Positions 48,301 to 60,300 of a stretch of DNA of 64,000 bases are shown here, piece after piece; position 1 is the stretch's first letter; every line of letters begins with the position of its first letter. The DNA comes from Oikopleura dioica. Taxonomy: Eukaryota > Animalia > Chordata. Made by a program: the position numbers and the translations under genes. The stretch covers positions 4,154,001-4,218,000 of the forward strand of contig OU015567.1 in the NCBI GenBank assembly GCA_907165135.1, read 5' to 3'. Below the pieces are notes generated by a model. That model did not search any database. It had not been told where the DNA came from and saw only the letters and a list, made by a program, of their open reading frames with translations.

Positions 48301-51300
48301 TTTTCGAGATTATCGAAATTCACGGGGGTTAGTTTCAAAAGTGAGTAATGCTTTCCGAAAGCTTTTTTGAGATCATTTTCCATCGATGAACATAGTTCTG
48401 AAGAGTTTTGATCATAAACAGCCAGGACATAAGAAGACTCATCGATTTCTTGGTGGCACTGAGGATCGGATCGACAAGTTTCATGCATCTGAATCGCGTC
48501 TTTCCATATTGTGGCTTCTTGGTTTATCAAAGCACCAGATGTTTCATAAATAAAACTGTCTTCCAGCACCGTCAAGTCCATGAAATGCTTCAATCCGTTC
48601 AACTGAAGGGTCTTGAAGAATCCGTTTTCTCCTGGATTCTCGATCAAACAACCATCGAGTTCATAATGAGTCCATCCGTTAAGAATGTGATCAGGAGTTG
48701 CTTCAATTTCGCTCGTCAAGTTTTCCAGTCCTTCTCTGTCTGCTAGATACCCAAAAGAAATCAAGACGAGCTGATCTGGCTCAACTTGGCCAAGACGAAG
48801 ATCTTTCGTCGCCAATCGCTTGATCATGTTCTTCGGGAAAGTAAATTTCTCCGGATCGTTCGAGTTCGGTAAGTCTGTATCAAGCCAAACGCCGAAGGAT
48901 TTATAATTGTCCGATGTTATTTGAAGACCGTTTCCAGAGAAAACGAATTCGATCTGGAGATTTGTCTTCATTTTCGAGTGAAGATCTGCCAGAATCGATT
49001 CGAAAGCAAAGTTGAGATCAAGTGTTTCGGGGATGAAAGAAGTCGTCAAGAGATAGAGAATGATCTTCGGCGGGCTGAGCGGAATCGGGGTTGGAATGTT
49101 CGTCGCGATTTGACCCGCTTGTCTGCAGATTTCTTTCCTCACTGGCTCAACGAGATCATCAAGGTCAAAACTGTTCTTTACGTTGTAAACTCGCCCCTTA
49201 GTTTCTTTTACGTATTCGCCGAAATTGTCGATTTCTCGGCTTTTTCCAAAAGTAACTCCGATGATTGGATGATTTCGCATGTCAGGGCTGATCCATGAGT
49301 TGTCACGATTTGAACTCACACGAGACTCATCGTGGATTTCTGAGATCAGGTCGAAAGTTGGGAGAATATTGCGCTTCTGTGTTTCTGAGAGGGTTCCAAA
49401 CAAGATGATGGAGACTTTTTTCGCACCCTGGAAAATGCATTAGTATTTTTGTGCTTGATGTAAGAATATAAAGATATTATCTTAGATATATCAAAATTTG
49501 ACTTTATTAAAATTATTATTTCAAGACGAATCATTTAACGTAGATGACACTTATCAGTTTGTTTCATTTTAGCCATAAAATAAAGTTAGAATTTGATATG
49601 ATAACTCAATCGCAAAAATTCTAAACGGATTTGTTGATTCATTTGTGAAGATATTTTGAAAAAAGTAGCGCGATGTCGATTTTATATCAATCGGAAATGG
49701 TTCATTCCCTTTGATAAAAATCTCAAGACGATAAAATGGTTCGATCAGCAGCTGTTTTGAACCGAACCAAAAAAGGAACTAACCTGACGAGCACCATTTT
49801 TCTGCGAAAAGAACTCATTTTTGTTGAGCAGCGAAAGATCATGCAAGAAAACTCGGTATTCATAAGTTGAGTTTTGAGCGGCAATTTCCTCATCGATTCG
49901 ATCTGAGTTCGTGAAAAATTTTGAGCCTTTGTATTTCCTCAAAAATGCATGTTCGAAACCAGTGTCTCCAAGAGACCCAATCGAAACTGTCATGTGCTTT
50001 TCAGAACTGACAAAGCCATCCAAAATCTTTTCAACGAATTCTTTCTGGTTTTCGATTGTATTTCCCGCTGATTGAAAACCAATAAAAAGGTCGATTTGGG
50101 CGCAACAAATTGGAAGACCTCCAGAACTGTGGTCCTCAGCGATACATTGTTCATCGGGACTGAGGGTTGGGAAAGGTTGAGGGAGAAATGGGACGATTTC
50201 GTCTTCGATCGAGCAGATTCGGCTTGCTGAAAATAAAAATGACCGATTCTTGAAAAAATAGCGGAGACCTACCAATATTTCCAGCAATATACTGAGCATC
50301 ATTTATCTCCCACTCCGGCATGAAAAAGACTCGGTCGGAATGACCCGCCAGTTTGAACAATTTTTCGATGCTTTTCGTCAAATAATCAGAAACACCAATC
50401 GCAACGACAAAAACAACAGGCTCGTCAGAAGTTCCTTCCCAATATACTTGAGTTCGGTCGATTTCCGTTTCGGGTTCGTTTTCTGCGAGATGTTTTATCA
50501 CCACAATTGCTTTGTTTCGGCCAAGGGAGTCTTTGAACCAAGCTTCAGCAGCTTCCGGATAAAAGCCTTCATAAAAATGATAGCCGCGATATTCTTGAGC
50601 TTCGCTTTTGAGTCCATCGATTCGGTCGCAGATTCCTTCTTGCGATTCTGGCTCTGTGAATGGAAATTCTAGTCTCGCATGATCTCTGCTGATCGGTTCA
50701 ACGGAGATTCTAGTGACGGAGGTGTCGAAATGCGAAACGAGAGATTTGGCGAAAAGACGTTGCCATGCATGGTCGACTTTTTGAACTTCGCTTTTTTATA
50801 TTGAGGAAAAAATTTGATGATAAATAAAGAAACTTCAACTTTGGTCGAATACAGTTATTTATTATTCTGAGGGCATAATTGTAATCGGATGCATGATCAA
50901 ATTTCCTCGAAGAGAGATCAGATAAAAAGGTTCATTTTTACAAACTATCTTTCAAAAATTTCAAATGATAGCGTTTCCAGATAGTGTTAATAATTTTGAT
51001 TCATTTGATGAATCTTTTCTCGAAGAAAAATATCCGCAAAAATGACCAGTTTTTTGATTTTTATATCTAACGGCAGCTGTTTTACCTGATGCTAATTGCA
51101 GATAAAGTGCTAAGAGGTACGTTAACTTAATCAGATATCAGCTGATCATAATCCCAATACAAAAAATCAAATTATGTCAATATTTCCTGAAAGCATCGAG
51201 AGCGATAACAATATCAGTTTGCATCGAACACGTTCCATTTGTAAAGCAAGGTACCTCAAAATCAAATTCATCTTCACCTTCCAAATCCACCGTTCTTCCT

Positions 51301-54300
51301 TCTTTCACTGTTTCTCCTCCGGTTTCTTTGCAGATTTCCGCAAAAACAGGGCTGAGGAAGTTTTGCAAGTCGGTGAACTTCTTTGTATTGTGGACGAGCT
51401 CGGGTGAGCTGGCGATTTCAAGAAGCTCGGAGTCCACTGCTTTGTTCACTCCAACAGCGACAACGGCCAAGTCTCCTGCTTGACGAAGATTTTCGCCGAC
51501 GATTTTCACCGCATTTTCACCGAGGTCTTTGGATCTTCCGTCAGTGACCACGATCATGATTTTTCTTTGAGGAGTTTTTCTAGATTAAAAAAGAGAAAAT
51601 CATAAGGAGATAAAAATTAAGAGATAAGAGATGATTTGTCCTCTTATTTTTGCGAAGATTAATTTATAATAAATCTAACAAGGTACTCGACGTCAAATCC
51701 GCCAATTTTTCAATTCAAATCACGAATAGGGTTAACTCTTCCTGACATTTTCCCTTGCTCCTCTTTCCGGGGAAAACTCCTTCTCCGCAGCATATTTCAT
51801 CGCCGTTCCCGTCAAAGTTGAGAAACCAGAGTGATACTTGATATTCGACAGAACCTTCATGAACTCTGTTATCTCTCGCTGTCCCTCTTTATCATCAAAT
51901 CTAATGACTGGCTCGACAACATCGGAATATTGCAGAAGGCCGTAGTTCATGTCGCCTCCATGCTCGAAATTGATCTTGACGAATCGCTGGACGAATTCGA
52001 TGATGCTTTCCCAGCCGGCTCGTTTTGTTGAATAACTTCCATCTTAAAGTTTTGACTAATATTTTACTGGACCTTGAACCCTTTTCGGTGGGCAATGCAG
52101 GACAACCATTTGAAAATTATGTTTATTCGGTAAAAATACATTTTGATAATTTATAAAAACTTAGATGAAAAATGACATTTATGGTTCTTTGAATATTTCT
52201 TCCTCACCAAGAACAAAGAAAATATCCGCTGATGGATGCTCAACTGAGCATTCTCCAACTTGATCATGAATATCGTTAATATCCACGGGCGGTTCGACGA
52301 CCTTTTCTTCCACCGAGAGGCAAATGTCTTCAATAATTTTGTCGACGATATCTTGCTCCAAAAGCGATTCAGAATCATCAAACTGGTAAATGTCGCCGTA
52401 GGGATCCATTTTGTTCGCCTTCTCATATTGCGCTTTTTCGCCAAGTTGGACGGAAATATAGCTGATTTTCTTGCGTAAAAACGTTTCATGGACTTTTGCA
52501 AGGGAAGATTTTGGAAAGTTCTTTTCCGCCTTAGAAATGACCTGAATAAGAACTCTATCAGCGTTCTTTGCTTTGAAAAATGCGGAGATTTTCATCGCTG
52601 AGCTCCACGGCTTTGCGCTCGCCCAAGAAACTGACGGGGGAGGAACGCGGAGTTTCAGGAATTTTTTGACGATATGGACTTTTGGAAGCTTTGAATTCGC
52701 AAGGAATCCCATTGGACCTTGAGGAAGAGGGACCAGCTTGCCATTTTTGCCGTAAAAGACCACACCGACGGCTTTCAAATGTTAAAAATTGTTTTATCAC
52801 TTCACATTGAATTCTCAATTTAAAACCCTTAAAAACTATTTCAAAGTCCGGTTAATTCAATTCAGTTGAGTTGCCCTAATTTCGAAGGAAACGTTACCGA
52901 TAAAGTTCTACCCTTACACGTTGGAAAATTAATTTTCCAATGGAAATCTTAGATTTTTGCATAATTTATCCACTATTTCTATTAGAATTTATCGTTGCTC
53001 GTCCCCAAGACTCGCTGATATTCCGTATCAATCCTGTTTCTTTCCCAATTTATTCAGTTCAATCCTTTTGAATGCTCCCGCCCGTGCCCGCTTTGCCACT
53101 CAACGCTGCCCAAAATTGTGTTTCTTCCACTTTTCTTTCGCTCTCTACTGCCGCCCACTGGGCCGTTTTTCCTGCGATTTTCATTTTTTCTAGTGTAAAA
53201 ATGTTCATGTTTTCATCTGCGAAATTTCTGTTGCCGTATCTTGTCCGCGTCTTAGGTTATTTAGAGGTTTTGTAGGGTTTGATCATTTTGCTATCATAGT
53301 TAGGTCCGGTTTGATGCTCTTTAGACACCCTTAATATCAATCGATTTTAATAATTCTTTTTTTGTTCAAGAGTTTAATATCTAGACTTGTATCGCTGAAA
53401 GTTTAAAATGAATCGAACATACAGAACGGTCAGAAATCGCCTGTAAAAGAGCGCAAGAAACACATAAAGCGCGGAGCGCGCGAGCAAAATCGCTCGGCGC
53501 TGGGGTTGTCTCCCTCCCGTCATGTCGCGGCGCATTTATACCACGCGCGCTGCGCAGCGGGCTCACTTCAGTTTTTCAACAAAAAACTCGAATTTTACAG
53601 TTTTTTCACCGACAACTAACCAACTCCAACAACATGCCAGCTGCCAAAGCCGCAACCAAGAAAGCCGCCCCATCCCACCCACCATACAAGCAGATGATTG
53701 CTGAAACCCTCAAGGGTCAAGGTAAGAAAGAGAAACATTAGAAAAAAAAGAGATTTTAAAAAGTAAAAGCTACAAGCGGCTTTTTTTCAAGAATTTTGAA
53801 AGCAAAATTAATTCTATTTTTAGGCCGAAAGGGACTCTCCTTCATCGCCATCTCCAAGATGATCCAGGCCAACCAGAAGGGACTCGGTCCCCGACACGAA
53901 ACTTCCCTCAAATTGGCCCTCAAGCGAGGCATTGAGGACAAATCCCTCGCCAAAGTCAAGGGTGTCGGTCTCGCCGGTTCTTTCAAGCTCGCTGCTCCTG
54001 TCAAGCCCGCTCCTGCCGCCACGAAGGCCGCTCCCAAGGCCAAGCCTGCCGCCAAAAAACCCGCCGCGAAGAAGGCTGCAAAGAAGCCCGCTGCTAAAAA
54101 GTCTCCCACCAAAAAAGCTGCCGCCAAGAAGCCAGCCAAGAAGGTGACCGTCAAGAAGACCGCGGCCAAAAAACCAGCAGCCAAGAAAGCCGCGAAAAAG
54201 CCAGCTAAGAAGACCGGCAAGAAGTAAAGTACTTCTTCTAGAAAAAAAAAAAACAAAACGAATTCGCGACCTCAGGAAACGAAATAGTCTCGAAACGACT

Positions 54301-57300
54301 CTTTTCTCAACTGCCTTGAATACCCCTTGTTCTACTCTGTTCATAATATAAATTGCGCAAAAACACATTTTAATAATAATAACAATAAAAATTTACAAAA
54401 TCAAAATCCCCTTGATTCACTATTATTTTTCGCAAGGCATTTAAAATTTAAACATTTCCTGGTGCATTTTTTGAAGAGGAAATTCTCAACCTTTCGATAA
54501 TTTTTCTCGCAAAAGCCAAAAATCTTTTTGGCCCCTTTCTGTCAAGCTTGTAGCTGAAGTAAGACATGTCGAGGGCGATGAGGATCTCAAGCGGACGATC
54601 CAGTCCGGAACATCCACAGTTCTCTTCATCGAACGAGTTTCTTTCACCGGGTGCAGCTGGGCAGTCGTTACGATTGTCGCACACTTTGACGGGGCTGACG
54701 CAGGTGATTCCGTCTGCGCATGTGAATTTGTTGCTCGCCTCGCATTCGCCTAAATGGTGAGCTGCGCGAGGGGCGATCGTTGTCGTTAGCTTTTCTGCTT
54801 CAGTTGTCGTTGTTGTTGAAGTGGTAGAGGTCGTTGTCGTCGAAGCTGTTGAGAAAAAGAGCGGCATGTCCATTCCCGATCGACCTTGTTTCCTGCGCCG
54901 AGATGTTGTTGTACTCGAGGTTGTGGTTCTTGTCGTTGTTGTTGAAATCGTGGTGGTTGTTGTTTTAAGCGTGGTTGTGGTTATTTTCTCCGATAGCGTC
55001 GCTAGAGCGTCTTCATCTGGAATAGACTGAGTCGAAATCTGCTGAGTTGACAGACTTGCCAAAGTGACCTCTGTTGACGTCGATGCTGTCGATGGCAACA
55101 TTGTCGATGTCACCGGTTCAGTCGACTTTGCAAGTTTGATCCGCTCAATCGTCCGGCAGAGCTGACTTCCTTCTTGGAACAGGATCTTGCCAGCCATTTG
55201 GCTTCTTGAGCGAGACTCAAAGTATTCTAAATAATTTCCAGTTGATGTTGCTTTTTCTCGGACAAAATCATAATCGCTCGGTCCGATCACTTCAACAATG
55301 TCCGCGTCTTTCAGAACAAAGTTTCGAACATTTTGGAACCAGTCGGGATTGCTAGAAAAGAGGATGATTTGCCGAGTGTAGTCATCTTCGTTTCTCGGTT
55401 TTCGGAAAACATCGCGAAGGACGTAATAAAGGCGGCCTCGGAATCGATTGAATTCGTGGGGATAAAACCATGCTTTGACGAGTTCGTCGAAATGCTTGTT
55501 TGAAACGGGATTCGTAACTCCATTGAACTCTCCAAACATTCGATAAGCCAAGTTTGTTTGATGATCGAAGACTGCTACGCTTGGTCTTGCCAAGCCATCT
55601 TCAATGAGCTGCGAGTTAGAGAAGCCTTTGAGGAAGTTTGCTGCGATTTCAACGGGTTCATCATTATTAAAAATATCGACATCAAAGAGAAAGATGGTCT
55701 TGGTCGGCTTTCGGCAAATGAGAGGGTTGAGCGTTGTCGTAACTCGCTGAGTCTTGTAGCGTCGAAAGTAGGGATCTTCTGTAGTTGTTGTCTCTGGGGT
55801 TTTATGCTCGAAAAGTTTCACAGCAATTTCATCAGCAAGAGCGGCGCATTCATCTTCGCTCTTGTAATTTGCGTCTTCGAAGATATCCATGATAGAAATG
55901 AGAGGCAGTTTATCGGTGTAAAATCCGGGTGGAACTTTGAATGTTAAAACAGGGCCAAGGTCTTTGAAGGTAAACATTCTCTTCCGCTCCTCATTATGGA
56001 CCTGAATGCTGAAGAAATCATCGTAGCTCAGTTTCCACTTTCGCTCGTCGATATTTTCGTAGAGGAATCGCTCGACTTCTTCTGCTTTGAAGACTGTTCG
56101 AGAAATGTATGAGCCCTCGTGGAAGAGATAAATTCGGATTCCTTCGTTTTCGTCGGAATAATCTGCAATATTTCCGAGGAAGGCTTCTTGACAGTCAAAC
56201 AGTCGACGATTTCTTTCCAGGGTGAGATCTGGTCGCTCGATAATGAACATTGGTTGTTTTGGTAGGTAAAAAGGCATGCTTCGTCTTGTTGTTGTAGTCG
56301 TAGTTGTCGTGGTTGTCGTGGTTGTCGTTGTTGTAGTGGTCGTGGTCGTTGAAGTCGTTGTAGTAGTGGTTGTTGATGTTGTAGATGTTGTTGTACTTGC
56401 TGTTGAAGTTGTTGTGGTTTCAGGGCAAAGGTTTTGCTTGAAAACATCAAAATCAACGGTCTCCCCCTTCATCAAAAGTGCCATGGCAAAAGCAATAGAT
56501 TCTTTTGACTCTTTGATTTCACTTAGGTCTTTGAACGTCAAGATGATAGTTTTGTCTCGCAAAGCATATTCAGTAGAACTTGAACAGTCTGAAGCTCCTA
56601 TTTCGATAAATATAGCTGGATAGCCGATGTCGTCTACCCAAAGCTCGTCAATGATTTTTTGAGATTGCCCAGGAGAAGTCAGAGCTACAATGATCTTCTT
56701 TGCGTGGCCGAATACTTTGACTTTATGGTCAAGAGATAACGAAGTACTTCTTCTTTGCCGCGAATTTCGAGGAACGAGGATAAAATACTCATCATTGAAT
56801 GAAGGATCGTTGCTCGCAAGCGCTTTAAGTTTTCCGCCGATATTGCTATTTGTCAATTGGTCTTCATTGTTTTGTGTAAAAGTTTGAAGTCTGTCTTTGA
56901 AATCCTCTTCTGCGAAAATCTGAAGACCGTTATTTGTCACAAGTGTGCCTGTGGTTGAGAATGGAATCGAGTCGGTGGCTAGCTCAAACAAATCAGAGAA
57001 TAAATCTTGATTTTCTTGTGATGGGGTTTCAATAAGGAACAAAAATGCTCCTGATTTGGATAGGATTGTAGTTGTTCTTGTTGTGGTTGTCGTTGTCTTC
57101 GTAGTAATCTTAGTAGTAGTAGTAGTGGTAGTCGTGGTTTTAGTTGTCGTAGTCGTAGTCGTAGTCGTAGTCGTAGTCGTAGTCGTAGTAGAAGTTGTCG
57201 TTGTCGTAGTCGTAGTCGTAGTCGTAGTCGTAGTCGTAGTCGTAGTCGCAGTCGTAGTCGTAGTCGTAGTCGTAGTAGAAGTTGTCGTTGTCGTAGTCGT

Positions 57301-60300
57301 AGTAGTAGTAATAGTTGTCGTAGTCGTAGTCGTAGTCGTAGTCGTAGTCGTAGTCGCAGTCGTAGTCGTAGTCGTAGTCGTAGTCGTAGTAGAAGTTGTC
57401 GTAGTCGTAGTCGTAGTCGTAGTCGTAGTCGTAGTAATAGTTGTCGTAGTCTTAGTCGTAGTCGTAGTAGAAGTTGTCATAATCGTAGTCGTAGTCGTAG
57501 TCGTAGTAATAGTTGTCGTAGTCGTAGTCGTAGTCGTAGTAGAAGTTGTCGTAGTCGTAGTCGTAGTCGTAGTCGTAGTCGTAGTCGTAGTCGTAGTCGT
57601 AGTAATAGTTGTCGTAGTCGTAGTCGTAGTCGTAGTAGAAGTTGTCGTTGTAGTTGTGCTTGTGGTGGTGGTTGAGGTGGTGGTGGTAGTTGTCGTTGTT
57701 GTCATTGTGGTAGTTGTGGTAGTAGTTGAAGTTTTTGTAATTTGGTCAGTTTGTGCTGTCGTAGGGTACATTGTAAATTCAGAGTCGTCAAGTTGTGTTG
57801 TGACGGAACTAAAAATGATTTCTTGCGATGTAGAGAGTAAGACATCCTCTGTGGAAGAAAGTTCTGGAAGACCTTCAGTAACGAACATATTCTCAGTTGC
57901 AGCTCTACATTGAGCCATTAGCTTGTCTAGCTCGCTGAAATCTTCCAAATCCGGTAGTTCGAAATATGAACAATCCGCACTTCCTCCAGTCGAAGTGGTC
58001 ATTATCGATGTCATTTCCGTCGTATGGACAAAATCACCACAATAATCACGATGAACGCAGCGTTTTTCCTCTTCGCTCCAGAGAAAGTCCTCTTCTTCGC
58101 AATGCGGATAGCACCCTTCCACACAAAGGGTTTCATAAGGAGACGGAAAAGGATTTTCACAAGACGGAAGGGAGTTACCGCAGCACTCATAGTGAAAGAC
58201 ACAATCGTAGTGATGCTCGTCATAAGCCTCACACATCATCGGACAAAGCCTCTCATCTCGCCAAATGTGACAGATCTCCTCTTCAATCATCATCGCATTT
58301 GAGCATTTCTGTCCGTACGCTGACAAGACATCACAGAAATCAGGGCAAGTAAGGATATAAGACGCTTTGCAATTGCAAACAGCAGCTACACACTCGTCGA
58401 GATAGTCTTCATAATCAACGTAGGCATGGCAAGATTCAAATCGATCGCCGCCAAGGATTCTCTGGCACAAGGATCGGCCCTTATCATAACAAGTTGGCTC
58501 TAGATTTCGTTTTCTGCGGATGAGATTTTCTGAACTGAGACTTGAATAGCCAACATCCGACGAGCACATGCCGTGAGTAACATGATCTTTGGCCTTTTTG
58601 ATAATAACTGTGTTCCCTTCATCGAAAAGAATCTCAAAATCTTTCGCAAAAGATACCTTCTTGTATCGACCAATACGATCTGTGACCTGGTTTTTGATTG
58701 GAATTCCGTCAAGCTCAAATTCTTCATTTTCCGATAGTCTCATCGGAGTTGTATCAAATGAGATGAGTTCTAGATTTTTCATGCCTCGTATCGACTGCTT
58801 TCTTCCATCAAAGCCAGTTATGAAGTTGTTTTTGATAATGCGGCACTCGACAAAAAGTTTTTCTTCCTCCGAACATGACCATTTTTGATTCTCGCAATAA
58901 CAAGTCTGAATCGTATTTCCGAAGTCTGAAGTAATTTGCGTCGAAGAATTTGTCGGGAACGATCTCCCGCGGGAGAAACAACCACATTCTGACGATGGGA
59001 TGCACTGTTCAGCATCGAGAGAGTAATGATGGCCTTCTTGGCACTTGCAATCAAGATCAGAAAGCTTTCGATTATAGAAGAGATCTTCGCATGTGACCAA
59101 ATCATCTCGAGAAGCAGGAAGCATCATTTTTTGACATTCATCGCTTTTTGGCTCATTCGGAACGCAGAAGATCTCACCCTCGAGACACTCGCATTTGTGG
59201 TCGTTGATCATGTGATGCTGCCCCGGCGCCATGATATTTCCTTGATGATAGCATGAACAGTCAGAAATCGAGGGAACACATGTTTTGTTCAAGTCCATAA
59301 ATGAATCTTCAAGACAAAAACACGCTTCAATGTTCTTCAATCCGACTTGCAAGGAAGGGCAGCTGAACAAATCCGCGTTTTCAACAGATCGAAATGACAT
59401 GCCGAATGGGCACGAAACCAAACAATTTGTTCTCTCTCGCCAGGAAGAAGAAATATCGAAATTTTCTCTGCATCGAACCACAATCTCTTCTATGATTTCA
59501 CAATGATCGTCTGTCAAAGAGCATTTCATAAGCAAGTCATCAGCTTCTACGCATCCATTTAGCTCGAAAGATTCAATAAATTCCAGGCATTTGTCCGTTC
59601 GGCTTGGCAAACCAACGTATTCTCTGGGCTCGAACTTGACAATTTTCCCAATTCGCCAGAGATGTTGAAGATTTTGATGAGTAAAATCAAAGCCGACAGC
59701 CTCTTTCGAATCATTGCAAAGGCCTTGGACTTCAAGCTTGTTTGGGAATCTTAATTCAAGTTTTTTCCGCGTTATTTCAATCTTGAATTTATTCTCGAGC
59801 TCTAGAATTGCTTTCATCCCATCAGCCCAGAACTTGAGATTTTTATGAATTCCCGTTGTCAGTAGAGGAGCATGGTTGACACTGACAAGGCCGGGTTGAA
59901 CTTCGATTGTGTCGTTTTTGCTTTTTATTCGAAGATTTTGGGGGCAAAGGAAGCTATCGCACTCTTCGAATTCTGCTGAAATCTGAAAGTCATGATTTTT
60001 CGCCAGCAAGAAAGCTCCCGTGTATGTCAGATGAAATGATCTTTCATGGAATTGTTTCAAACCGCCAGCTTTGGCGAATGAGCACGTCAAATCGCAAGGA
60101 AGCTCGCTGCAATTCCAGGCTCCATCTTCGCAAATGCATTTTGAGCAGTCGTTCTGGCGAAAATCTCCTGGTTGAAAAATTCTCCCGAAGTAGTCACAGT
60201 TACATTCAGATTGCTTGACGCATTTGTTCAGGCTTTTATCAAGAACAGACCCGGGTGGGCACGAACAATGCTCGGAAATTCTAGAGCAGTCGCCTTTCTT

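Noticed and set aside
46410-49403. Treating the 997-aa and 2174-aa ORFs as stand-alone genes
   Set aside because: Neither starts at an ATG with a signal peptide, and both begin or end inside VWA or EGF domains that are completed by in-phase neighbouring exons.
53756-54368. Hydrophobic - strand ORFs 53756-54256 and 53820-54368 as membrane proteins
   Set aside because: They are antisense shadows of the Lys/Ala-rich H1 tail.
54228-54400. Replication-dependent histone 3' stem-loop
   Set aside because: No GGYYYTTTTCARRRCC-type hairpin is present. An AATAAA near 54384 suggests polyadenylation instead.
57056-57913. Poly-Val ORFs on the + strand (also 47482-48078 and 56276-56623)
   Set aside because: They are antisense shadows of the poly-Thr codons of the - strand mucin.
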